DNA of 48,027 nt from the NCBI GenBank assembly GCA_964542785.1, contig CAZIUK010000005.1:1-48027 (forward strand), given 5' to 3'. Source of the DNA: an uncultured Planctomycetales bacterium. Lineage in GTDB: Bacteria; Omnitrophota; Gorgyraeia; Gygaellales; Profunditerraquicolaceae. Position 1 is the stretch's first letter, and every line of letters begins with the position of its first letter. The position numbers were made by a program, and so were the translations under genes. The notes below the pieces were generated by a model, which was not told where the DNA came from, made no database searches, and saw only the letters and a program-made list of their open reading frames with translations. Below, in pieces: positions 1 to 7,695 of the stretch.

Positions 1-44
1 TTTGCGCCGAGGCAACATCTTTCAATTTCGCTGAATGTAAAACT

Positions 45-132
45 TGGCGGAGAGGCAGGGATTCGAACCCTGGGAGCCTTGCAGCTCACATGTTCTCCAG
101 ACATGCCCGTTCGACCACTCCGGCACCTCTCC
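45..132 (-). tRNA. tRNA-Ser (anticodon GGA), class II with long variable arm, CCA encoded
   Basis: Reverse complement folds as a cloverleaf: acceptor GGAGAGG/CCTCTCC, anticodon stem CATGT/ACATG, loop CTGGAGA, T-arm GGTTCGAATCC, 3' GCCA. Confidence 0.9.
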
Positions 133-205
133 AATATTTTTTAGTTTCTATAACTATATCAAAAAAATAATAAGTTGCAACTTAAAGAACCGTCCCCTAA
201 ACAAG

Positions 206-293
206 CGGAGAGTGGAGGATTCGAACCTCCGGTCATCTTACGACGACAACGGTTTTCGAGACCGCCGCATTCAACCAGCTCTGCCAACTCTCC
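206..293 (-). tRNA. tRNA-Ser (anticodon CGA), class II, no encoded CCA
   Basis: Acceptor GGAGAGT/ACTCTCC, anticodon loop CTCGAAA, T-loop GGTTCGAATCC, long variable arm. The 5' end lies 5 nt after the glgP stop. Confidence 0.88.
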
Positions 294-298
294 CTTAT

Positions 299-2317
299 TT
301 AAACTACTACTGATTTTTCTTTTCTTATGCAGGCGTCCCAAATCAGGCCCTTATACTCATCTAACATTCTATAGGTATTAAAATGCGCTGATGTAGCTAC
401 GCAATTAATCATCATATCAATCCAAGGCGAAGAGAGGTTTAGCTTATCCTTATAAGTTAAGTAATACATAGCCACTAACTCTTCAAGCTCTTTATAAAGC
501 GCATCTGCATCAAAAGCCATGGAGCGATCAAACTCACTTCCTATCTTACCTTTTAAGTAGCGCGTCCCGAATATCTTACCTATCCCTTTATCTTCAGCTT
601 CCACCACCCAACCATCAGAAGTAGTCAACTGCACAACCCCGTTAAGGATTGCTTTCATCCCGCTTGTTCCAGATGCCTCAAAAGGAGGATAAGGGTTATT
701 TAACCAAAGGTCAACTCCAGAGGTAAGCAAATGCCCTAAGTAGATATCGTAATTTTCCAGTATAACTATTTTTAGTTTATCGTAATTCTTATCCCCCAGC
801 TCATCTACCCTATCCATCATCTCATTAACAAAGGTAAAACCGAGGTCATCATTAGGATGTGCTTTGCCTGCTAAAATTATCTGCAAAGGCCCGTACTTTG
901 CCGCGATACTTATAAGCCTCTCTATATCTTGTAAAATTAAACTCGGCCTTTTATACGCGGCTATCCTGCGCGCCCAACAAAGAGTAAAGGCATCCTTTTT
1001 TAATTTCCACTTCTCAAGAAGAGAACAAAGCCTCTGCTTATTGATGCTATGTTTTTGCCATATCTGCTTACGGAAGTTTTCATTATTCTTAATCCTAGAT
1101 ACATTCGCTAAAGACATGGGATTAGAATCAAAATCCTCTACGGGCGGAGAGAAATCCTTAAACAAGCTAATATAATCAGAAGAAGCCCAAGTATAAGGAT
1201 GTACTCCATTGGTAACAAATTTTATCCTATCTTTATATTCAGGAAATTGTAGCTGCATAACCTCCTGGTGCCTCTTGGATACTGCATTTACTGAAGAGGC
1301 TATATTCATAGAAAGAAGCGTTAAGTTAATTAACCCCGAAGCCTCCTTGCCGAATTTTTGTATAAACTTAAAATCCTCATCTTTAAGCACTCCTTGTATA
1401 TCTTCAGTTGAAAAACGATCATGGCCTGCCTGAACAGGAGTATGACAAGTATAGCAAAAATGGCTTTTAAGACTTTCTACCTGAGCATTATTTAACCCTC
1501 GAGCTTTCTCCACAAAAGCAAAGACAGCATGCCCTTCGTTAAGATGAAATATCTTAATAGGATAATTTAAGGAAGTTATCGCGCCCATCCCACCAAAACC
1601 TAAGACCACCCTCTGCATAAGTTTTATCCAAGAGTTATCACTGCGGTAAAGCTGGTCAGTAAGCATCCTTAAGTCTTTTCTGTTTTCAGGTAACTCGGCA
1701 TCAAGAAGAATAAGCGGCAGGGCGTAATCAAGTTTATAGCTATACACGTAATATTTCCACAGCTTTAGACGGACATCTTCATTTTTAAGCTTTAAAGTTA
1801 CGGTATTTTTCAAAGGGATAAGCCCCGGATAACTATACGGATCCCATTGCATCTTCTCCGGAACCTGGCCGTATTTAAACCAGAACTCCTGACGAAAATA
1901 ACCCGAGCGCCACAAAACCCCTATTCCTAACGCAGGTAATTTATAATCCGCCATGGTTTTGATAGTATCTCCTGCTAGAACACCTAACCCTCCGCTATAT
2001 ATCGGGAGGTCAATAAGGCTATCAGTCTTTACGTCAAAGAGGTAATCGGCAACGCGGTAATTTGAAAATACGGTATTTCTAGGAGTTTTGTTAGTTTCAT
2101 GCGCCTGAAGAGAAGATTTAAAAGTATTATAGAAACTGGTAGCTAAGCCATATTCCATAGAGAAGTATGCGATAGAACGCTCATTCGGGTCTTTAAGCCT
2201 CTTCTCTGCTTTGATAATCGGCTCTATGGGAAAACCAAAAAACTTTCCGTCTTTTATATCCTCTGCATAACGGGTTTCAAATTGGTCAACATCAACTAAA
2301 GACAAAAATTCTTTCAT
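299..2317 (-). CDS. glgP: alpha-glucan (glycogen/maltodextrin) phosphorylase, GT35 short form
   Basis: 672-aa ORF. The EASGTSGMKAILNG motif contains the PLP lysine typical of GT35 phosphorylases. ATG start is preceded by AAGGAG. Confidence 0.88.
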   Translation of the reverse strand: MKEFLSLVDVDQFETRYAEDIKDGKFFGFPIEPIIKAEKRLKDPNERSIAYFSMEYGLATSFYNTFKSSLQAHETNKTPRNTVFSNYRVADYLFDVKTDSLIDLPIYSGGLGVLAGDTIKTMADYKLPALGIGVLWRSGYFRQEFWFKYGQVPEKMQWDPYSYPGLIPLKNTVTLKLKNEDVRLKLWKYYVYSYKLDYALPLILLDAELPENRKDLRMLTDQLYRSDNSWIKLMQRVVLGFGGMGAITSLNYPIKIFHLNEGHAVFAFVEKARGLNNAQVESLKSHFCYTCHTPVQAGHDRFSTEDIQGVLKDEDFKFIQKFGKEASGLINLTLLSMNIASSVNAVSKRHQEVMQLQFPEYKDRIKFVTNGVHPYTWASSDYISLFKDFSPPVEDFDSNPMSLANVSRIKNNENFRKQIWQKHSINKQRLCSLLEKWKLKKDAFTLCWARRIAAYKRPSLILQDIERLISIAAKYGPLQIILAGKAHPNDDLGFTFVNEMMDRVDELGDKNYDKLKIVILENYDIYLGHLLTSGVDLWLNNPYPPFEASGTSGMKAILNGVVQLTTSDGWVVEAEDKGIGKIFGTRYLKGKIGSEFDRSMAFDADALYKELEELVAMYYLTYKDKLNLSSPWIDMMINCVATSAHFNTYRMLDEYKGLIWDACIRKEKSVVV

Positions 2318-2350
2318 TGGTGATGAATCTCCTTATTTTTAAGTTTCATT

Positions 2351-2438
2351 CGGAGAGGGTGAGATTCGAACTCACGTTGAGGAAAATCCCCAAAACAGTT
2401 TTCAAGACTGCCGCTTTCAACCGCTCAGCCACCTCTCC
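2351..2438 (-). tRNA. tRNA-Ser (anticodon TGA), class II, no encoded CCA
   Basis: Acceptor GGAGAGG/CCCTCTCC, anticodon stem GCAGT/ACTGT, loop CTTGAAA, T-loop GTTCGAATC. It lies 10 nt after the upstream ORF stop and 33 nt before the glgP ATG. Confidence 0.88.
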
Positions 2439-2448
2439 TTTAAAAAAC

Positions 2449-3132
2449 TTAGACTTTAAAAAGTTGACGGAAAATAGCCCTGAATATCTCTCCTGCTAAA
2501 AAGTGTGTATCATTACAAAATGAGACAAAAGAAAAATTATTAAATATAAGGTTAAGAAATAATGCTAAGAGCCCTAGATTTATAATATATATAAACGAAA
2601 AGCCAAAGATATAATTGCTCTTTAAGATATCCCCTGTTTTAGTGCGTATCGCCTTTGAGGAGAAAACAAGATGCAAGGCAAGACTTATCCCAAATAAAAA
2701 CATAGCAAGATTAATCAGGCGGCTACTGGGTATAAATACAACCAATACAAGGTAAATAATGAATATCGTAATAAGGTATATTGGTAAAAGATAGGGCGCA
2801 ACCTTAACTAAAGGTTGGACAAAGCTAAATAAAACCTCTAGTATTTTATGCCCACCGTCATAAACCCACCCCGGCTCAAATATAAAAAGATAAGTTAAAA
2901 CAAAAGCTATAACCCCAGACCAGAAGTAAGTTTGGGGTATAGTATTTATATTGCTAAGCTGTTTTAGCAAAGAGACGGTTGAGGAATAAACAAAGGGTAA
3001 TAAACAAAGCCCTAAGATAAGCTTGATAATATCAAATGCCCGGTTAGAGAGCCAACTTGGCTTTTGAATCTGTTCTGTTTCTTGCTTGCCTTTAACTTCT
3101 TTCTGTTTATTAAAAAATTCTCTCTTCTCCAT
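2449..3132 (-). CDS. polytopic inner-membrane protein of unknown function
   Basis: 227-aa ORF with a charged N-terminus followed by about 5-6 hydrophobic helices. The start overlaps the serS stop by 23 nt. I recognise no family. Confidence 0.6.
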   Translation of the reverse strand: MEKREFFNKQKEVKGKQETEQIQKPSWLSNRAFDIIKLILGLCLLPFVYSSTVSLLKQLSNINTIPQTYFWSGVIAFVLTYLFIFEPGWVYDGGHKILEVLFSFVQPLVKVAPYLLPIYLITIFIIYLVLVVFIPSSRLINLAMFLFGISLALHLVFSSKAIRTKTGDILKSNYIFGFSFIYIINLGLLALFLNLIFNNFSFVSFCNDTHFLAGEIFRAIFRQLFKV

Positions 3133-4390
3133 CCATATACCCCCTTAAAGCTTCTGGTATCAATATACTTCCGTCGGATTGCTGGTAATTTTCTATGAGA
3201 GAGGCCATTGTTCGCGGGATAGCTACTCCGGAGCCATTTAAGGTATGCAAATATTCTGTTGCCTGCTTGCCGGACTGCTTAGTTTGTGGCCTATAACGTA
3301 TATTCGCCCGCCTTGCCTGAAAACTCTCAAAATTACTACAACTTGAAACCTCAAGCCACTTATCCATTCCCGGAGAATATGCCTCTAAATCATAACACTT
3401 GCTCGCGGCAAAGCTTAAATCTTCAGTAGCCAACATTATTACCCGATAGGGAATACCTAAAATCCTTAAAACCTCTTCTGCGTCATTAACTAACCTCTCT
3501 AATTGATTATAAGAATCTTGAGGCTTAGTAAACTTTACCATCTCTACCTTATTAAACTCATGCACACGCATAAGCCCACGGGTCTCCTTTCCGTATGCCC
3601 CTGCCTCTCTTCTAAAGCAAGCACTATAAGCAGCATAAGAGATAGGCAAGTCTTTTTCTTCTAATATCTCATCGCGAAAAATATTAGTTACTGGGACTTC
3701 TGCCGTAGGGATAAGAAAAAGGTCGTCGTCTTTTAAACGATACATGTCCTCCTCCATCTTAGGCAATTGGCCGGTACCAATCATAGACGCGCGATTAACT
3801 AAGAAAGGAGGAAATACCTCTGTATAACCGTGCTTCTTAGTATGCAGATCTAACATAAAATTAATCAAAGCGCGCTCAAGCCTTGCTCCTTGCCCTTTAT
3901 AAAGGACAAAATTTGAGCCGGTTATTTTTGTCGCCCGGTTAAAGTCAATTATATCCAGTCTTTGGGCTATATCTATATGCGAAAGTGGCCTAAAGTCAAA
4001 GTTCTTTAAATTTCCCCAAGAACGGACTATCTGGTTATTCTCTGGCGCGCCTATAGGAACAGAAGAATGTGGAATATTTGGTATACTAATTAAAGATTTT
4101 GATATATCTAACTCTAAATCTTTTACACTTTTCTCTAAAAGACTAATCTCTTCTGAGACGGATTTCATAGAAAAGATCTTATCTTTAGCGTCTTTTTTTT
4201 CTTTAAGCAAGGCGCTTATCTGATCATTGGCCTTATTACGCTCAGACCTTAGCTCTTCAAGCTTGGATAGAATCTTTCTGCGCTCATCATCCTTAGCTAT
4301 TAAACTACCTATATCCAACTTTTGGTTACGGTTTATAAGCGACTGGATGACTAACTCGGTATTTTCACGGATAAACTTTATATCTAGCAT
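3110..4390 (-). CDS. serS: seryl-tRNA synthetase
   Basis: 426 aa. N-terminal coiled-coil arm (MLDIKFIREN...) and class II core motifs (FRREAG, GSGVAIPRT). ATG start with AAGGA 8 nt upstream. Confidence 0.95.
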   Translation of the reverse strand: MLDIKFIRENTELVIQSLINRNQKLDIGSLIAKDDERRKILSKLEELRSERNKANDQISALLKEKKDAKDKIFSMKSVSEEISLLEKSVKDLELDISKSLISIPNIPHSSVPIGAPENNQIVRSWGNLKNFDFRPLSHIDIAQRLDIIDFNRATKITGSNFVLYKGQGARLERALINFMLDLHTKKHGYTEVFPPFLVNRASMIGTGQLPKMEEDMYRLKDDDLFLIPTAEVPVTNIFRDEILEEKDLPISYAAYSACFRREAGAYGKETRGLMRVHEFNKVEMVKFTKPQDSYNQLERLVNDAEEVLRILGIPYRVIMLATEDLSFAASKCYDLEAYSPGMDKWLEVSSCSNFESFQARRANIRYRPQTKQSGKQATEYLHTLNGSGVAIPRTMASLIENYQQSDGSILIPEALRGYMDGEERIF

Positions 4391-4404
4391 TTAGATGTCC
4401 TTTT

Positions 4405-4433
4405 AGGGACAGCCCCCTTCGGGGGCAGTCCCT
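4405..4433. other. GC-rich stem-loop between rtcB and serS (12 bp with one mismatch, 3-nt loop)
   Basis: AGGGACAGCCCCC-TTC-GGGGGCAGTCCCT. On the transcribed minus strand it is followed by AAAAGGA (the serS SD), not a U-tract. The U-tract (GTTTT) sits on the plus-strand side. Confidence 0.6.
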
Positions 4434-4436
4434 GTT

Positions 4437-5882
4437 TTAACCTTTTATTACTCCTAATGGGCGCATCCTGCAAACCCGCTTTGCAATCCCGGCATTGTGC
4501 ACTACATTTACTACATCGTTTACATCCTTATAAGCCTGCGGGGCTTCTTCAACTACTGTCCCGCGCCCTGAAGCTTTAACTATTATACCTGAAGACTCTA
4601 ATTCTTTCAACAAAGTAGCGTGATTAATTGTGCGTAATGCCTCGGTCCGGGATTTAACCCTGCCTGCACCATGGCAGCAGGAAAAAAACGACTCTTGCGC
4701 TCCGTCTAAACCTATCAAAAGATAAGAATTTCTACCCATATCCCCTGGGATTATAACCGGTTGGCCTATATTCTTATACTTCTGCGGCAGTGCCGGATGA
4801 TTGGCAGGTATTGCGCGGGTTGCGCCTTTTCTATGAACGCATAACTTCTTCTCTTTTCCATCAATGATATGCTTTTCAATTTTAGCAATATTATGCGCTA
4901 CATCATAAATCAAAAACATCCCTAATCTCTGCCAGGAAGAATTAAAGACCTTTTCAAATATATTACGCGTAAGATGCATAAGGCATTGCCTATTTGCCCA
5001 GGCATAGTTAGCCGCGCACTTCATCGCTGATAGGTATGCTTTCCCCTCTTCTGAATCAACTGGAGCGCAGGCAAGCTGACGTTCAGGGACGCTAATATTA
5101 TACTTACCTAAGCAATTTACCATATTGCGCGTATAATCTTCGCAAACCTGATACCCAAGCCCGCGGGAACCAGAGTGAATCATTATCGTAATTTGGCCAA
5201 GGTTTAAATTTAAGGCATCGCTTATCTTAGCATCATATAGTTGGTCAATTACCTGAACCTCTAAAAAATGATTCCCGCTTCCTAATGTCCCAGACTGACC
5301 CCGTCCCCTTTTATGCGCGCGCTCAGATACTGCCTTAGGGTCTGCGCCTTGCATCGCCCCATTTTCTTCGGTGCAATCTAAATCATCATGCGTTCCATAG
5401 CCCTTACTTATTGCCCAACCAGCGCCCTTGATAAGAATTTCTTCCACCTCTTTTGAGCTTACCCTAATATCTCCTTCTGAGCCAACGCCTGAAGGAATCC
5501 CAGAGAACAAGGCATAAGTTAAATCTTCTAACCTCTTCTTTACATCATCTAGATAAAGGTTAGTCCTAAGCATGCGTACTCCGCAATTTATATCAAAGCC
5601 TACCCCTCCGGGAGAGATTACCCCGCCGTTATTAATATCAGTAGCAGCAACCCCACCTATAGCAAACCCGTACCCCCAATGCAAATCAGGCATCCCCAAG
5701 GAAGCCTTAACTACCCCGGGTAAAAAAGCAACATTGGCCACCTGCTCTACCGCCTTATCCTCTCTTATCCCTTTTAATATTTTTTCATCGGCATAGATAA
5801 CCCCGGGCACACGCATCCCAGGTTTATAACTCTTTGGAATGCGCCAACGGTAATCATCAATCTTCTCTAACATTTCAGACAT
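4437..5882 (-). CDS. rtcB: RNA 3'-phosphate/5'-OH ligase RtcB
   Basis: 481 aa. Hallmark motifs GFDINCGVR, GSGNHFLEVQ, HSGSRGLG, VHRKGATRA and CHGAGR. No intein. Confidence 0.95.
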   Translation of the reverse strand: MSEMLEKIDDYRWRIPKSYKPGMRVPGVIYADEKILKGIREDKAVEQVANVAFLPGVVKASLGMPDLHWGYGFAIGGVAATDINNGGVISPGGVGFDINCGVRMLRTNLYLDDVKKRLEDLTYALFSGIPSGVGSEGDIRVSSKEVEEILIKGAGWAISKGYGTHDDLDCTEENGAMQGADPKAVSERAHKRGRGQSGTLGSGNHFLEVQVIDQLYDAKISDALNLNLGQITIMIHSGSRGLGYQVCEDYTRNMVNCLGKYNISVPERQLACAPVDSEEGKAYLSAMKCAANYAWANRQCLMHLTRNIFEKVFNSSWQRLGMFLIYDVAHNIAKIEKHIIDGKEKKLCVHRKGATRAIPANHPALPQKYKNIGQPVIIPGDMGRNSYLLIGLDGAQESFFSCCHGAGRVKSRTEALRTINHATLLKELESSGIIVKASGRGTVVEEAPQAYKDVNDVVNVVHNAGIAKRVCRMRPLGVIKG

Positions 5883-6294
5883 CTAATATCACCTCAACCA
5901 TATATCCATCAGCATTGTGTAATATTCTTAAACCATGATAAGTAGCTGCCTTAATCTCAATATTTACCTTATAGTTACTAGTACTACTGCCTGTAACTAA
6001 AGCCTCTAAGAAACCTTCGTCTATTTTTTTAACATTTATCTTATGAAATATTAAACTCTCTGCTGCGGATAGAGAGATTAACTCATTTAACCAATTAATA
6101 AAAAGGCTCTCTAAGCTTTCTGCCTTTTGCCTTATCGTTAGGTTAAGGTGGGTTTTATCCTTGGTAAACTGCCTGTGGGAAGATACCTCAAAAATACTTA
6201 ATCCTGCTTTTTCAAAGAGTTCTTTTAAATCTTTTACTTTAACACTAATTCCGATATCTGCGGTATGTTCAAAAATTTCATAATTTTTAGACAT
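5875..6294 (-). CDS. archease (RtcB activator)
   Basis: 139 aa. N-terminal FEHTADIGI motif and archease-typical length. Overlaps the rtcB start by 8 nt. Confidence 0.88.
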   Translation of the reverse strand: MSKNYEIFEHTADIGISVKVKDLKELFEKAGLSIFEVSSHRQFTKDKTHLNLTIRQKAESLESLFINWLNELISLSAAESLIFHKINVKKIDEGFLEALVTGSSTSNYKVNIEIKAATYHGLRILHNADGYMVEVILDV

Positions 6295-6327
6295 AAGGAA
6301 GGATAAAAAAACTTATTCTTAAAAAAA

Positions 6328-6400
6328 TGGGCCATGTAGGAGTCGAACCTACGACCTTGACATTAAGAGTGTCCTGCTCTGCCAATTGAGCTAATGGCCC
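6328..6400 (-). tRNA. tRNA-Lys (anticodon CTT)
   Basis: Acceptor GGGCCAT/ATGGCCC, D-loop AGCTCAATTGGCAGAGC, anticodon loop CTCTTAA, T-loop GGTTCGACTCC. Confidence 0.88.
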
Positions 6401-6478
6401 CTAGATTTAAACTTTTTTTCTCTACAGATTTAAAACTAATAATAACAGATTTATTTAATACTGTAAAGAGTGTTTTGT

Positions 6479-6555
6479 TGGTGCGCCTGGCTGGAGTCGA
6501 ACCAACAACGCCTAGCTCCGAAGGCTAGCGCTCTATCCAATTGAGCTACAGGCGC
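6479..6555 (-). tRNA. tRNA-Arg (anticodon TCG), CCA encoded
   Basis: Acceptor GCGCCTG/CAGGCGC, anticodon stem CTAGC/GCTAG, loop CTTCGGA, T-loop GGTTCGACTCC, 3' ACCA. Confidence 0.9.
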
Positions 6556-7275
6556 TTAAATTATTTCAGCCCTATCCCCTAGAATATCCTTTATCTTATT
6601 AAGTTTATATTTAGCAACCGGAAAGACTCCTGATTCACTGGCAGTGCGAACAGGGGAATTAATCTGTATCTTATCCGGGTTTATCATATCTATAGCATTT
6701 TTAAGCCTTCTTATATGGCGTATATCGTCATTTACGCCCTTTACCAACATCACCTCAAGCCAAATCTTTCCCCTAAACTCTTTTCTTAACGAAATAAGCC
6801 CATTAATAATATCTTCTATTTTTATATCTTTACAGGGACGGTCTATCTTAACAAACCTCTTCTCTGTAACAGCATCTAATGAAGGGACGATTAAGTCAAC
6901 GCCAAGTATCTCTCTTCGCACTGACGGATTACTAAAAAGCGAGGCGTTGGTTATCAAGGCTATCCTTATAGGCAAAAAAGTTTTAATAAATGCTATAAGC
7001 TCAGATATCTTATCATTTAAGGTCGGCTCCCCTGATCCGGATAGAGTAATATAATCTAACGGAGGTATAGCTTCTTTTAAGCTATTCTTCCATTCTTTAA
7101 GTTCTTCAATGATATCGCTTATCTTAATATATTCTGACCTAAGGGTAGTAAGATTATTTGTCTTACCTATCTGGCAATAGATACATCCAAAAGTACAGGT
7201 CTTAGGCGTGGTTAAATTTATACCTAAAGAGTAACCTAACCTTCTTGATTTTATGGGGCCGTAAAGATATTTCAT
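6556..7275 (-). CDS. small radical SAM protein, subfamily not assignable by eye
   Basis: CTFGCIYCQ (CxxxCxxC) cluster motif, YGPIKSRRLGYSLGINL N-terminus and SGSGEPTL SAM-binding motif. The listed ORF begins with TTG at 7302 inside a hairpin, so the ATG at 7275 is preferred. Confidence 0.8.
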   Translation of the reverse strand: MKYLYGPIKSRRLGYSLGINLTTPKTCTFGCIYCQIGKTNNLTTLRSEYIKISDIIEELKEWKNSLKEAIPPLDYITLSGSGEPTLNDKISELIAFIKTFLPIRIALITNASLFSNPSVRREILGVDLIVPSLDAVTEKRFVKIDRPCKDIKIEDIINGLISLRKEFRGKIWLEVMLVKGVNDDIRHIRRLKNAIDMINPDKIQINSPVRTASESGVFPVAKYKLNKIKDILGDRAEII

Positions 7276-7301
7276 AAAAGCATTAAACGTTAATAAAGAC
7301 A

Positions 7302-7329
7302 AGGGCGCTATATTTTATATTAGCGCCCT
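7302..7329 (-). terminator. probable intrinsic terminator of the CBM48 gene
   Basis: Perfect 9-bp stem AGGGCGCTA/TAGCGCCCT with a 10-nt AT loop, 30 nt past the stop codon. On the minus strand it is followed by the U-rich TGTCTTTATT. Confidence 0.5.
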
Positions 7330-7358
7330 AAATTTACATCTTTTAAAAGATAAACAAA

Positions 7359-7634
7359 CTATTTTATATCGATAACACAGTTGTGCGTTCCAAAAGAATT
7401 TGGGACGCAAGAAGAACAATTTTCATCATTAACCCAACAACCATCAACAAAGAATTTATACTCATGGCGTCCTGGCTTAAGGCTAGTTTTAACTACCCAG
7501 TTACCCTTAGAGTCCTTCTTAGCAGTAAGTTTTTTTGTATCCCACTTATTAAAACTCCCGGCTAAAGATACCTTTTTAGCCGCAGGCGCGTATAATTTAA
7601 ACTCTGTTTTTTTTGAACCTGCCAATCTTGCCAT
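7359..7634 (-). CDS. stand-alone CBM48 / AMPK-beta-type glycogen-binding domain protein
   Basis: 91 aa. The sequence KVSLAGSFNKWD...GRHEYKFFVDGCWVND matches the CBM48 (isoamylase N-terminal) signature. Strong SD AGGAGG lies 5 nt before the ATG. Confidence 0.8.
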   Translation of the reverse strand: MARLAGSKKTEFKLYAPAAKKVSLAGSFNKWDTKKLTAKKDSKGNWVVKTSLKPGRHEYKFFVDGCWVNDENCSSCVPNSFGTHNCVIDIK

Positions 7635-7656
7635 TTCTACCTCCTTGTTATATATA

Positions 7657-7684
7657 TTTATAACACCACTTTAAAAACTGTCAA
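7657..7684 (-). promoter_or_regulatory. sigma70-type promoter for the CBM48 gene
   Basis: On the minus strand: TTGACA, a 16-nt spacer, then TGT-TATAAA (extended -10). It lies about 20 nt upstream of the SD. Confidence 0.5.
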
Positions 7685-7695
7685 GGTATTTTCAT

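Noticed and set aside
44-381. Three listed ORFs (44-313 +, 159-341 -, 175-381 +) at the window start
   Set aside because: They lie on top of two well-formed tRNA-Ser genes and the glgP 3' end. They have no RBS and no family resemblance, so they are shadows of the tRNA sequences.
45-2438. The 88-nt tRNAs as possible tRNA-Sec or intron-containing tRNAs
   Set aside because: The anticodons read GGA, CGA and TGA, not TCA. The extra length is the normal class II variable arm, and the acceptor stems are 7 bp.
4391-4436. T-box or other long leader riboswitch upstream of serS
   Set aside because: The gap is only 46 nt and is occupied by a single hairpin. That is far too short for a T-box (about 200 nt or more), and no specifier or antiterminator architecture is present.
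6644-7054. Long antisense ORFs inside conserved genes. Examples: 6644-7054, 15077-15487, 17290-17682, 35731-36147 and 44281-44709, all on the plus strand
   Set aside because: Each sits opposite a confidently identified, motif-bearing gene. They have Ser/Leu/Ile-rich low-complexity translations, no SD, and no recognisable family. They are typical frame shadows.
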